Assembly: GCA_000004985.1 (NCBI GenBank) | Contig: GG738850.1 | DNA length: 64,000 nucleotides | Strand: one strand, 5' to 3' | Source: Naegleria gruberi | Lineage: Eukaryota | In this document: piece after piece, positions 12,301 through 24,112 of the stretch | Layout of the letters: every line of letters starts with the position of its first letter | Numbering within the stretch: the stretch's first letter is position 1 | The notes under the pieces: model-generated | What the model saw: only the letters and a program-made list of their open reading frames with translations | What the model was told of the DNA's origin: nothing | Databases searched by the model: none | Made by a program: the position numbers and the translations under genes

Positions 12301-13468
12301 ATACCACTTTGACCTTGACATCTATTTCATGCCCAAGCTCCTCCTATTGTCACGAAACTCCTAGACAAGTTACAGTCAATGGATTAGATGCTATTGAACT
12401 CGATTCGGATACTTCCACTTGTCAAGCTGACTCATTCCAATACACCATGAAAACTTCTTTGGGAACCACCAAAACTGCTACTGTTTACGTTGAATTCAAG
12501 AATTGCTACTGTTCTGCCAAGATTGACTTCCTTTTCTTGCTTGATTCTTCTGGTTCAATTGGTTCCACCAACTTTAACAAGATGAGAAGTTTGGCAAAGA
12601 GTATTACAGGTAGAATGTCTATTTCTTCTTCTGCAATTATGGTTGCCATTGCTAAATTCCACTCAAATGGTACCTTGGCTTTGGCACTGTCTTCCGATGG
12701 TACTACCATTAATAATACCTTGACTAATATGGCCTATGAAGGTTAGTATTATTTTCTTTAAGGATTTCTAATTTGGTATCTAATATTATTGAACAGCTGG
12801 TAACACTGCAACTATTCCAGGTTTGAGAGTTGCTGTCGATGCTTTGAGACCTGCCAATGGTGGTAGAGCAGATGCTGATAAGGTTATTTTCAGTAAGTTT
12901 CTTAATTTCAGATAATCTAATTATATTCTAAATAGTTTTGACTGATGGTTTAGCAAACGTTCCTTGTTCATGTAGTTCTTGTGTTAGTGAATACCAGGCA
13001 AAACCTAGTGTCTTCTCAAACTCTATTCAAACTAACATTTTAGGAAAGTATACAGGTTCTGCACTTACAACCCAATTACAAAATCTTTGCAAATATCAAT
13101 ACACAGATTCGACCGTATTGAGTGGAACTACATGCAGCTACTGCTCCACTAGTAAGACAGCTTACTGTTTGCCATGTTCTGATGCAGTGCCAATTGCTGA
13201 AAAGATTAATACATGGCAACGTAATTCTACTGGAATAGTTCCATATGATTTGGATAATCCTTACAATGGAAATAATAATGTCCAATGGAAGATTGTTGCT
13301 ATGGCCGTAGGTGATGCCATGTCCAATACTTATGGTGCTAGACAAATTGAAGGAATGAACTATGATCCAAGTAGAGCTATGACTGTTTCTTGGACTGATT
13401 TGGATTCAACAATGAGCGAAATCGTTGATCAATCTTGTAATCAAGTTTCCACAAGTGACGCTAGTTAA
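6332..13468 (+). CDS. Giant (>2,200 aa) type-II/signal-anchored surface protein. It carries about 18 cadherin-like/VCBS-type ~100-aa repeats followed by a von Willebrand factor A (VWA) domain and a Cys-rich C-terminus. Five exons.
   Basis: Proposed structure: join(6332..6403, 6489..6515, 6555..12741, 12797..12892, 12936..13468). Every junction has GTAAGT/GTTAGT donors and ...AG acceptors, all in-frame. Two 5' micro-exons encode 'MPEVVTIGSTTAAKQTMGFNVSLL' and 'KGGTITQTI'. Repeats carry 'P(T/V)AVDDSY....VLANDYDxNGD'. VWA shows 'DFLFLLDSSGSIG' (MIDAS DxSxS). 'GNTATIPGLRVAVDAL' and 'ILTDG' are split by introns at 12742-12796 and 12893-12935. AATAAA lies about 55 nt past the stop. Confidence 0.7.
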
Positions 13469-13754
13469 GAACATGGTTAAATAGATATCAACAATGTAAT
13501 AATAATGTAATAATATAATATTAAATAAAAAGTGTAAAATTGTGAGCCTTTTAAAACTCTTCCGAAGTCAAGTATGCAACATTTGATATTAAATGATTTG
13601 TTTTTGTTCATCAAAAAGGTTCTTCCCGCCTTCATGAACGTTTCTTTTCATTTTTTAAAAAAATTATTTTGAAATATCGGAATAAATTAGAGATTCTTGT
13701 CTGTTGGCTTAGTGAATAATCCCTTAAAAAGAAAGCAAAATAGAATACATTCAA

Positions 13755-15738
13755 TTACCTTTTTTTACAAATTAAATCAATGCTTTGGTAAAATTGACTA
13801 AGCAGTTCTCTATCTTGCACATGATATTGTCTGATTGTATCTACTTTTGCTCCAATTTTGTTTTGCATGAGCGTAGTTGCAAATTGTTCTGGATTCTCTT
13901 TGGCAATTTCGATAGCAATTTTAACAGGTATTAGAGATGATTGACTGTATCCATTTGCAACAACTTCCAACAAGGTACCAAAAACATTATCCTTTGGAAG
14001 AGCCAACAAGTTCTTGTGAAGTGAGATTACATGTGGAGGTAAAGTCTTGGAGAAGAGTTTGGAGAATAAGGGCGCATAAGTTGCTACTAAAACAAGGTTT
14101 GGTGAAGATGCAAGACATTGGTATTCTTCCTCGCTCAACTCTTCAATAAATAATGGATAGAATGTCTCCAACACTGAAGAATAATCGCAGGGCTTCCATA
14201 TTGCGTCTCTGTGTGCCACAGCAACTCTTTGGAAAAGGTAGATTAGAGGATTGTAAGTATTGCGAACCATTTGGAAAATCACAGAGTGGCATAAAGTGCA
14301 TTCTCATCTTTTTCAAACATTGAACTATTACTGAACTTTTCTTTTTAAAATCCGTGATTGATAAGCTGGTATCAATAAATGTATGGAATGGAGAAAAATT
14401 CAAATAGTCTTTGCTTAATTGTGAAAGTTTGTTTTTTTGAATTCCCATAATAAGATCCAAAACATCTCCTCTAATATTCTGTATTGCACTGATGAAAATA
14501 GGTCATTAGTATTGCAACAAATTTCAGCAGAATTTTTTCCATTCTTATTTAACATCTGCTTCAAAATAGTTGAGGATTCAATAGATTGAAGCACCTTTAC
14601 AGAGCCAACAGGAATACTCTCATCCAAGTAAACAATTTTGATAATTTGATCTGAATCAAATCCACATTCCTTAATGTATTCAAATTCGGTAGATATATTA
14701 GAGTAATATTTTCTGTCAGATTTCAATACTGGGTATTTGGCGATTTGCTTTTGAATAAATCTTAAGAATTGTTTCCATTCCAAATATGTTGGTGCATCCC
14801 ATATGGGATTTGGTTTTTTCGAACGTTTTCCATGTACCCAACTTGGAAATGCAAAACTTGGTTGTGTTAGAAAAATTTGGTAGAACCAAATTGGTTCATG
14901 TCTCAATCTCAATACTGCTGAATAAACAGGCTCAGTAAGAACGTACTGACTTGCTGGAAGTATTTGAATCATATCAAGAGAAATTCTTGAGTTGGAGAGT
15001 ACTATATCAGGATTTCTAATACATTGATAGAGACTTTCCCACATCAATTTTACAATCAATAAATCATAACAATCATCAATGAGAAACGAATAAAACACCT
15101 TCTTTGAAACTCTAATAAGATTGTAAAATTGAGAAACCAGTTCATCAATAACCAATTGTCTCACAAACAAGCTTTCAGAACCAATAAATTCTTGTCCATT
15201 ATGATTAGTTCCATACATGAGATATCCAGAACAATATTCTTCCATCCACTCAATAACCCTTTCATTTGAAAATATACTATGCAACACTTGACTCAGAACT
15301 AATGTTGACTTTTTGCGATCATTGAAATCAATATTCGAACCACAGGTAATCTTTTCAAAATGTGAATAAAAAGGTAATCCAGCACTTGTAGCAACACTTC
15401 AAAGGATAATTCATGAAAACGAGTCTTGATCCGTTCCTTCTTGGTCAATGGAAGATGATGAGATTTTGAATGATTTTTCTTTCGTGATTGTTTTTGTTTT
15501 TCATCATAATCGGAATTATTTTCATCATAGGATTCATCATCTGTGAAATCGCCCTCTAAATATTCTAGTAAAGCAGAAGCTGAAACACCTTTAAACATTT
15601 TTTGTTTTCTTCTTCGAAATTGAACAACAATTACAGCAATCTTGGTAAATGATGTTGCATCCCTCCACAAAAAACCGTTAATAAAATTAATTAAAAAATA
15701 AAATTCAAAAGAATAAAAAAAAGCCTTTTTCGCCATCA
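13755..15738 (-). CDS. Multi-exon hypothetical protein. N-terminal signal-anchor then acidic stem (Golgi type-II topology). Exon structure unresolved.
   Basis: Four overlapping minus-strand ORF segments (15299-15739, 14415-15287, 14143-14460, 13755-14282) lie in different frames, implying introns or frameshifts. N-terminus 'MAKKAFFYSFEFYFLINFINGFLW..IAVIVVQF' is hydrophobic, followed by an acidic stretch. No recognisable catalytic motif. Confidence 0.35.
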
Positions 15739-15940
15739 CATTGATTTTATGTGCAGCACAACAAAATACGTAAAATAATTAGGCTTCACTTACGCCCTAT
15801 TACAATTACCATCACATCAAACAAATTATCATCATTTGTATGAATACACCCGCGGAACCCATCATAAATTAAAGCACTGTAGCTATCACACGAATATGTT
15901 TGGAACATGTAATACAATCTTCATGATGCAACAGCTTATT

Positions 15941-18900
15941 CTGGTCTTTAGAATGGGCTGTCGTCATTATTATTCCAATATTCATGAAGCTGGTTCACTT
16001 AATTTTAACACTTGACTTTCCGAGTTTGTATTTATTAACAATTATTGCATACGATTGGAATGGACAGCTCACTTTATTAGGGCTTGTGCTTGCCTTACAT
16101 GAAAGGTGTGTTATTGTAAAGCAAGTGGACTTTCCATTATCCAATCGTTTAGTTTGATGATTCGTCTACAATTAGTCAATACGGTTCACCTTTCTTCCAG
16201 TTTATGATACCGCAACACGATCTATTTGGTGTGGTGACTACAAACAATACAAGATCTAGTGAAGAATACTGCACAATGTTGGTGCATAAATTGAGTGAAT
16301 GGAAGAGACACTTTATTTCTCACTTTGAAAAAAACAAACAATATGTATTACAACAAACATTGTAGTACAAGAGTAATTCTTTCATTAATTAGCACAATTT
16401 TATTGTGTGTATTGATTGAAAGTATTATTGTAGAAGGTCAATGTCCTCATCAACAAGTTGGTTTGGTCAATTTTAACACATTAACTGGTTGGAATGTTGC
16501 CAATTATGATATTGTTATTACAAAAGCTGTCAAGTTAAATATTTCTCCTCCAAACAAATTACGTTCAATCACTGTTAAATCAGGTGGTTCTTTAATTTTT
16601 GATAATATTGATCTCAATTTGAATTTGAATTTCATTAGAGTTGAATCAAATGGTAGTTTTATAATGGGTAGTTCAAATTGTCCAATCACTTCAAAGGTTA
16701 TCTTGACATTGTATGGTGATCGTGTCAATAGTTCTATCAATGATCTTGGTAGTGATCCATTCGATGGAAGTAAATTGGGTTCAAAAGGTGTTGCTTTCTT
16801 GAGTGGATCTATTGTTCAAATTTATGGTAAAGTTGATGGACCAAGTTGGAGTGAAATTATCAAGAATTCCACCAAGGGAAGTTCACAACTTGAATTGAAA
16901 GAAGCTGTTCAATGGAGAGTTGGTGATTCAATTGTTGTTGCTTCAACAGATTATGGTGAATTATATGATTATAGAGTTGAAAAGAATGCTTCATTGGGTT
17001 GGATTCGTGGTGAACCATTTCCAAATCAAAATGAAGAGAGAAAGATTATTCAATTATTGAATGGAAACAAGACCATTATTTTAGATAGAGCATTGAATTA
17101 TACTCACTTTGCAAGTGTTGATGGAAAGATTCGTGCAGAAGTTGGTTTATTGACAAGAAGAATTGTTTTCAGAGGTGATGATTCATCTGAAAGTTCACTT
17201 TTTGGTGGTCACTTTATTATTCGTTTGGTTGATAAATTTAATATGGAAGGTGTTGAAATTACAAGATTTGGTCAACAAGGTTTAATGGGAAGATATAGGT
17301 ATGTTTGGTGTTGGTAATCATTTTTATTTAACTTGTATTTAATATTGTTTTTAATGATTTATTTAACTATTACTTATTATTCATTAATAGTTTCCATTTC
17401 CACTTGTTACAAAACAAACCATTTGGATTGAATTTCACAGTTAAGGATAATACAGTTCATCACAGTTTCCAAAGATGTTATGTTGTTCACGATACTAATT
17501 ATATTTTATTGAAGAATAATGTTTGTTATCGTGCATTTGGTCATATGTACTTCTTGGAAGATGGATCTGAAGTAGGAAATGAATTTAACAATAATTTGGG
17601 AGTTGATCCAATTCCAATCTCAAGAGAAAATCCTCGTCAAATCATTTTATCTGATTCTGATGTTTCAGTTTTTTGGATTACTAATCCAAACAATACATTC
17701 ATTGGAAATCATGCAGTTGGTGGTCGTTTCCCATTTTGGTTTACAATGCCAACATTCCCAACTGGATTGAGTGCAAATAGATACGCAGCTGGCTCTATTA
17801 ATCCAAGAACTGCTCCTCCAAAACCATTCGAAAACAATGTTGGTCACAGTTCATCAGGAAATGCTCTTCACATTGATGATATGGAAAAAGCTGATGGAAG
17901 TACAGAACTTGCTGGTTATTTTCCTTCAGGTGTTGTTGAAGCACTTTACAATGGATTTATTGCTTATAAGAATAGAGGATATGGTGTTTGGGCACGTGGT
18001 GGTTTACTTCGTTTCAAAAATTTATTCTTAACTGATAATAGAATTGCCATGAATTCTCCACCAGGACCAAGTATCATTCATGACAGTACTTTTATTGGTG
18101 AATCTGAAAATGTTGGTGAATTTTCATACAGACCAAAGATTGATCTTGGAAATAGAACAAGACCAGGTCAATATGTTAGTTCCAATTTGGATTTGATTAA
18201 GGGTTATGAAACTTATGATAATGGTGGTCCACAATACTTGAGAAATATCACTTTTATCAACTTTGTTACTGATTCATTCAAATATGCAGGTTCCTTATCT
18301 TCATTGAATAATTACTTTAAACATCAATCCAAAAACAGATATGCCAATTTAAAGTTTGTTAATGCAAACAGATATATGGTTTTCCCTTGGAATTATCCAA
18401 CTTATTATGATAATCACAAGGCAACTGCTTTGATGGATGTGGACGGCTCAACCACAAGTATTTCATCAATTGGTGGTTGGATCACTGGTAATGACACAAC
18501 CATGACATTCACACAATGTCAAGCAAGAACTGAATGGAATGCCTATCAATGTCCATTCTTTGGTGAATCTTTTGCTCAATTCAGAGTTGTTAACTGGAAT
18601 TTAACAAGTGTTAACACAACTGGAAGTGATGGTATTAGTAGACCTGATATTATTAACACTGGCAAGAGAGTTCCAAGAATGATTCTTGTTGATTTATTGA
18701 GAAATCGTGAATCCAATGTTATTGGTGCATTAATTGGTGCTACTCAAGAATATTTCATGCAAAGTAACCTGATTGCAAGAGGTTTCTATGGGCTTCGTTG
18801 GCCATACGACATTCCAACACCAAAAGATTTGAGTTTCTTCCTTGATTCATGTGCATCAAATGATTGGATTGTTGTTTCTGTTCAATATCCAAAAGGAACA

Positions 18901-20283
18901 ATTTTCAACATTAGATTCTACATGAGTCCAACAACAATTAACATGACCAGAACTGCAAACTTTACAACCATGTTGAGTGAGCCGACCAAATATTATTATT
19001 ATGATGATGCCACTGAACATTTGTACTTGAAGATCCAAAATAATGCACCAAGATCCTGGTATAGAGTTGTTGATAGCTTTGTTGATTACTATTCAACTGG
19101 TGTTGTTTATTTGAATGCCACATGTCCGAGAGGTATTTGTGCACCATCAAAATTCTCCAATCCAAGCAATGCAGGAACAACATATAAGACATTAATGAGA
19201 GAAGATAGATTTGTTGGAAGATTGGAAACATGTCAACAAGCAAGTGTGAAATCATTGGCTGCCAATTCCACAAGTGGAAGTGGTTATGTTTTTGCATTCT
19301 TGAATTCCAAAACAGCTTCTCTTGATTTTACTGTTCAACACAATTTGAACGATATTGTTACATCAATTGATATTGGATTTGGACTTGCAGGAAAGGAAGA
19401 ATACATTTCCACACCAACCTCAAAGATTATTCCCTATACTCAAAGCAGATTTGGTTACACCTTGTCATATGAAGAGTGGAATTATTTACTCCAAGGTAAA
19501 ATGTTTGTGAAATTATCAACTACTCAAAATGCAAATGGACATTTGAGAGCTCAACTCTATATTAACAACGCTACATCAACAAGTTGTAATTTACCACCTT
19601 TGGTTTCAAATGTTAAACCGTGTGATGCTTTGAATTTGAAGAATTCTTCCCATGTTATTTCAATTTATAGTGAAGGTCCAAAATTGACAAATGAATGGTA
19701 CATGTATGCCTATGTTCCAGCTGATATTAGAAATACATTTGTTAATGCTAGTTATGCACCAGCTATTTGTGGAAACTCATCAATGCATTTTGGTTTCAGA
19801 AAGGGAAATATTTCATTCAACAAGATTGGTTCCAATAAGATTTATGTAGATACCAGTATTTATCAATACTTTGAATTCTTTATCAAGACTGTCAATAATA
19901 CTGGAAGTGTTCCAAGTTTGACAATTGTATTTGGTTATTTGAATGATACAAAGGTTGTTGACTTTTCTAGAATCAACACACAAGCTAATCACACTCAATA
20001 TTTAAAGATTGATGGAAATACAGTGACTCGTGTGAGAATTCCACTTTCTGAACTTGGTTTTGCACCAATTCAAAACATTCACAGAATTATCTTGTACTTG
20101 CCAGATCAAACTAATTTCATTGAATTCTTGATGGATAATATGAGATTTGTTGGAGCACCAGCAACAGCTGAAAGCACAGCAAGAACCATGACTGTTTCTC
20201 AATGTAAATACTTTGGTGGTGTTTCATCATGTGGAAGTTTGGTAAATCCAGATCCAGATCCATTAGGTATTAGAAAATTGTAA
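15941..20283. repeat. Inverted-repeat arm A (about 4.34 kb). Includes the promoter region and the whole G8-protein gene, and ends exactly at its stop codon.
   Basis: Reverse complement of 36910-41255 aligns along the full length. Coding part is about 97% identical; the 5' flank (15941-16340) is about 85-90%. Similarity stops at 'ctggtcttta' (15941) on the outside and immediately after the TAA (20283) on the inside. Confidence 0.9.
16343..20283 (+). CDS. Secreted G8-domain / parallel-beta-helix-like protein (CEMIP/TMEM2/PKHD1-like), copy 1. Two exons: join(16343..17313, 17391..20283).
   Basis: ATG at 16343 with signal peptide 'MYYNKHCSTRVILSLISTILLCVLIES'. G8-like glycine-spaced beta pattern 'SITVKSGGSLIFDNIDLNLNLNFIRVESNGSFIMG..ILTLYG'. 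77-nt intron GTAATC...AATAG joins in-frame to 'CFHFHLLQNKPFG...'. About 1,290 aa. AATAAA lies 6 nt after the stop. Confidence 0.7.
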
Positions 20284-20342
20284 TCCAAATAAACATTATT
20301 TCATCTCTTATTACAAATTATTTCGAAAAAATATTAAAAAAA

Positions 20343-22100
20343 ATGGGAAATCAAAAGAGTAAGGGAACTTCTCATCCCTCCATTCATACAAAAGACATCA
20401 AGACTGATACAAAATTGAGTTCTTTTCGGTTTTTCCCACTCAAGAGTTCCTATACTTGTGGTAATTCAATGGCAAGGTTGTTACCTCCTCGGGATGTAAT
20501 TTGCAAGTTAGCCTTTGATTTTTTGGAAATTTATGATATTAATCAATTGGCCCAGAGTTGTAAATTAATTTATTATTGGTTGGTTTGTGATGATGCGAAA
20601 AAGGGTGATGGCGGATTTTGGAAGAGGATTGCTAGACGAGATGGATTTTCTGAATTTAGGGAAGAATTATCAGGTGATGAATGTAGGAAAATGTATTGGA
20701 AATTGATGGAGAGTAGATTGATATTTGAGAAGGACTTGAATTGTTTGGAATCACAAACATACTCAATTCGTAATCTTCATTCGGAAAGTTATGAAAAGTT
20801 TAAGGAATTTGTGGCTACTATTAACCATGATTTTGGTCAATTGTTGTATATTTTAAGGAATACTAGGAGGAATGTATTGACTAGAGCATATATTGCAGTT
20901 TTTGGGCTTGTAGATCATTCAGATAGTTCATACAATGAAAAACTGGAGAAAATGGCAAGATTAGCCATGTTGGTTGAAGATGGAGCTATCTTTCAAACAA
21001 ATTTACAATATTTCGGTTTGGTAAAGAGTAATATTGTAGCTTGTTTGTTTAGCAATATCTATCTACGGTCAAATACTGAGCTCGAAAATCATTTTGTGAT
21101 TACTACTGCATTTAGGACCAATTATCCTTTGGAATCGAGTGCAATGTTTGTGGAGAGTGCAATTATTTTGTTAGAAAAAAGATTTAAAGAAACCCAAAGT
21201 GATACAGACCAGTTTTATAGATTATTTTGTACAGTTTTGGGGAATCCTGAAAAGAGAAAGATCATACGGAGGATTAATGAAATGAAAATATTCGTTCAAT
21301 TGTTTTTACAATACAAAGGAGGAGATGAGATGGTTGATATTATTTTAACGTTGTTACTGTGTGAAGACAAATGCGGACGCGAGTCAATCAGCTCAATTAC
21401 ATTTTCAGTTTTACAAGAATCAATATTTGTACATCCTTTACTATTAGAAGGATTAATGAAAGAGGAATTCTATTCGAATAATTCATGCCATCCTAATTAT
21501 TTAACTGTTGTTGGGAAATATATTTCCACTCCCGATTTGAATATTGATTGTGGATTAAGAGAAAGAGCTTTAAACCTTATGGTAAATATGTGTAATATTA
21601 AGAATAATAAGGATGTAAGAGATCCTTTCCTGTATTTCATTCCTTGGGCTGAGATCAGAAAGAATCAAGCCTTTCCAATTTTGGAATTCAAAGAAAATGC
21701 CCTCTCTGAATTGAATGATTGTATATTTGATTGTATTAAGAAAGATTTAATTGTTTACTACCTTGGTATTGTTATAGAACTAGCTGAACATGATTTGAAG
21801 AAAACTGTGGATAGTATGCTGGATATTAGAAACTTACCTTCTATTTCTCATACTTTTATTCGGATTTGGTCGGAATTATTTAGAATATTTGAAAGATATT
21901 CCAAAGTCGTTGAACCAAATGAAACAGAATTATTCTTTTCTCGATTGGTTGAACTCCTTCATTGCTGCTGCCAAGAATCAATGTATCAACAAAATATAAC
22001 CTTGTTGGAAATGATAGAAAAGCAATTGAAATGGATAAATCCTAAATATTCCAATACAGAACATGTAGAAAAGGTGTTGATATCCATTAGAACAAAGTGA
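20343..22100 (+). CDS. N-myristoylation-motif (MGNQKS) F-box-like protein, hypothetical.
   Basis: 585 aa. Start in an A-run. 'DVICKLAFDFLEIYDINQLAQSCKLIYYWL' is F-box-like. Remainder is helical/unknown. Confidence 0.55.
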   Translation: MGNQKSKGTSHPSIHTKDIKTDTKLSSFRFFPLKSSYTCGNSMARLLPPRDVICKLAFDFLEIYDINQLAQSCKLIYYWLVCDDAKKGDGGFWKRIARRDGFSEFREELSGDECRKMYWKLMESRLIFEKDLNCLESQTYSIRNLHSESYEKFKEFVATINHDFGQLLYILRNTRRNVLTRAYIAVFGLVDHSDSSYNEKLEKMARLAMLVEDGAIFQTNLQYFGLVKSNIVACLFSNIYLRSNTELENHFVITTAFRTNYPLESSAMFVESAIILLEKRFKETQSDTDQFYRLFCTVLGNPEKRKIIRRINEMKIFVQLFLQYKGGDEMVDIILTLLLCEDKCGRESISSITFSVLQESIFVHPLLLEGLMKEEFYSNNSCHPNYLTVVGKYISTPDLNIDCGLRERALNLMVNMCNIKNNKDVRDPFLYFIPWAEIRKNQAFPILEFKENALSELNDCIFDCIKKDLIVYYLGIVIELAEHDLKKTVDSMLDIRNLPSISHTFIRIWSELFRIFERYSKVVEPNETELFFSRLVELLHCCCQESMYQQNITLLEMIEKQLKWINPKYSNTEHVEKVLISIRTK

Positions 22101-22147
22101 GCTTTCAAATGGTAGTATTTTGTAAAGTGTTAAACAATCAAAAAAAA

Positions 22148-24112
22148 ATGGATGAACATGATAGGAAGGCATTCCTTCCTTTTTGCTTTCCTACATTTAA
22201 AACGCTTCCCTGTAAATCATCAGATGGCGATCAAAATTCCGATGATGAAGAAAAATCTATGGAAAATAATTCAACGGTGATGAGAGAAAGATTTGATTTG
22301 AATGTTCTTTTACATAAAATTGATCCGGACTTGAATATATCAGTGGATGGAGCTAGAGAATTAGGACATTGCTTAATGATGCAAATGTGGTATTTAGTAT
22401 TGAAATGTCCGGAATTATTTCAACCAAAGAAGGAATTTGAAAAGGACGCCAGCTTGTTGGAGGACTATGTTGTTAAGAGACAACACGAGTATTCGAATCA
22501 AATATTTTATGATTTGTTGTTTTATGATGATTCTGTGAAAATGTCCAAGATGAAAGGAGGCGAATCAAAACAGAAAAAACAAAAGACCCAAAAGAAGGGA
22601 AATCAACAAACATTGAAATCATATTTGAGTGATTTGTTACGCTGTTGTTTGACAAGTGAATTGGCGAAAGGTGCTCTGGAAACTTTTGAACAATCTCTTT
22701 CGCTAGACCATAATATTTCTCCTTCTATCAGTCCAGAAGATTTGAAGGAATTAATATTGCAAATATTTACCTTCAATAATCCACCAAACATGAAGCAATG
22801 TAACATTGAGGATGTGCTTTTGTGCTTTGCATCAGTAATGGAATATTTGGCATTAGAAGTGTTGGAAGGATCTTGCTCTCTTACAAATCAAGCTGGATTA
22901 CAATTCATTTGGTATCCAGCCTTACAACAATCCATATATATAGATGAGGATTTGGCTTCTACATTATTTAATCATATTGGACTTATTCCTAGGGTCGATT
23001 TAAGATATTTTTACGGAGCTAATACTCGAAATGAAACTGTAAATTGGACTGGCATCTCAAATGATATTGTGTTTGAGATTTTATCTAAATTTGACAGCAT
23101 GAATGACTTGATGCAGATGAGATTGATCTGCAAGAGTTGGAATTATACAATTTTGACAAACATGCTCATTTGGAAGAATCTCTCAAGGAACGTAATGGTT
23201 AGAGAGGCTTTGTTTTCAGTGTGTGATACTAGTTTTTCTGCAGAAGAATTGGAAGAAACTCTAGGCAGAGCACAAGGTGAATTACCCAAATCAGCTCTTT
23301 CAAAGTTCCTCCTCCAAAAGAAAGATTGGTCAGGCATTTATTTCGGCAATGTCCACAATCATTTACAATTTGTAAAGGATTCTGAAAAATTACTTGAACT
23401 TGGATTTGAATGGCTTCCAGATCCAGGAGACCAATCATTGTCATATAGCGAGTTGAAAGAGGTTTTCCAAGAGTATATTGCAAAGGTTAGGTTCGGAGCT
23501 AGGAGTGATCCCCTAACTCAGCAACCTGAGGAGCCCAATTTTGAAAAAATCATGGTACCAAAATCTCACTTTGACGAATTCAACAAAATTGGAAGAAACT
23601 ACACATATCTTGGAATGATGGATTTTTCACAACTTTCATCCTTAGTTTCGTGTAGAAACTTCCCAAAATCTGGTTTATTGTATTGCTTTTATGATTTTAC
23701 AACTGAGATTGGATTTACACCTTTCTGTGAAGAAACAAACTTGATACAATTTACAATCAGCGATACTACCTTCCAAGTAGCAAAACCATCAGCTACTTCT
23801 TCGTCTTTCATGGATTCAGTGATGGTCAATTCCATTCCTTCTCATCCACTCTTATGGATGCAGTCACCATTCCTCAATAATTCAAGGAGTCATGTTTTCC
23901 CAAGTTTTGCTTTCGTTAAGAGTACTCGAATGGAAACCCTACCTGCAGATATTTGCCTGCTTTCTGATTCATTTTATTTGAATAGTGAAGACGAGGATGA
24001 GGAGGCTACTTGGACATTCGCAGTGTACATTTCACAAAATGATTTAAGAAACAGAAATTTCTCAAAAACAACTACCTTAACAGTGCCACACTACCAACAA
24101 TTTTTGAGGTAA
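22148..24112 (+). CDS. F-box protein whose N-terminal half is a fused H2B-like plus H2A-like histone-fold doublet.
   Basis: ATG at 22148 (aaaaaaaATGgatgaa), in frame with track ORF 22097..24112. H2B-like: 'VLLHKIDPDLNISVDGARELGHCLMMQMWYLV' against H2B '[30 protein letters not shown]', and 'LLRCCLTSELAKGALE' against 'LLLPGELAKHAVSE'. H2A-like: 'ASVMEYLALEVLEGSCSLTNQAGLQFIWYPALQQSIYIDEDLASTLF..GLIPRV' against H2A '[52 protein letters not shown]'. F-box-like 'ISNDIVFEILSKFDSMNDLMQMRLICKSWNYTIL' follows. Confidence 0.6.
   Translation: MDEHDRKAFLPFCFPTFKTLPCKSSDGDQNSDDEEKSMENNSTVMRERFDLNVLLHKIDPDLNISVDGARELGHCLMMQMWYLVLKCPELFQPKKEFEKDASLLEDYVVKRQHEYSNQIFYDLLFYDDSVKMSKMKGGESKQKKQKTQKKGNQQTLKSYLSDLLRCCLTSELAKGALETFEQSLSLDHNISPSISPEDLKELILQIFTFNNPPNMKQCNIEDVLLCFASVMEYLALEVLEGSCSLTNQAGLQFIWYPALQQSIYIDEDLASTLFNHIGLIPRVDLRYFYGANTRNETVNWTGISNDIVFEILSKFDSMNDLMQMRLICKSWNYTILTNMLIWKNLSRNVMVREALFSVCDTSFSAEELEETLGRAQGELPKSALSKFLLQKKDWSGIYFGNVHNHLQFVKDSEKLLELGFEWLPDPGDQSLSYSELKEVFQEYIAKVRFGARSDPLTQQPEEPNFEKIMVPKSHFDEFNKIGRNYTYLGMMDFSQLSSLVSCRNFPKSGLLYCFYDFTTEIGFTPFCEETNLIQFTISDTTFQVAKPSATSSSFMDSVMVNSIPSHPLLWMQSPFLNNSRSHVFPSFAFVKSTRMETLPADICLLSDSFYLNSEDEDEEATWTFAVYISQNDLRNRNFSKTTTLTVPHYQQFLR

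Noticed and set aside
16295-16342. Track ORF start at 16295 ('MNGRDTLF'), and similar 'M' starts at 12938, 17404, 34135.
   Set aside because: The first codon there is GTG or TTG. The true initiator is the downstream ATG (16343), which precedes a signal peptide. The other cases are internal exon sequence following introns.
17314-17390. Identical 77-nt intron in both G8 gene copies as evidence of selective constraint on the intron.
   Set aside because: With about 2-3% divergence, about 2 differences are expected in 77 nt. Identity is not statistically remarkable.
20343-24112. Treating 20343-22100 and 22097-24112 as one gene joined by a frameshift or intron.
   Set aside because: The first ORF ends in a clean TGA. 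The second has its own A-run ATG at 22148. No GT...AG pair restores a single frame. Left as two adjacent F-box genes.
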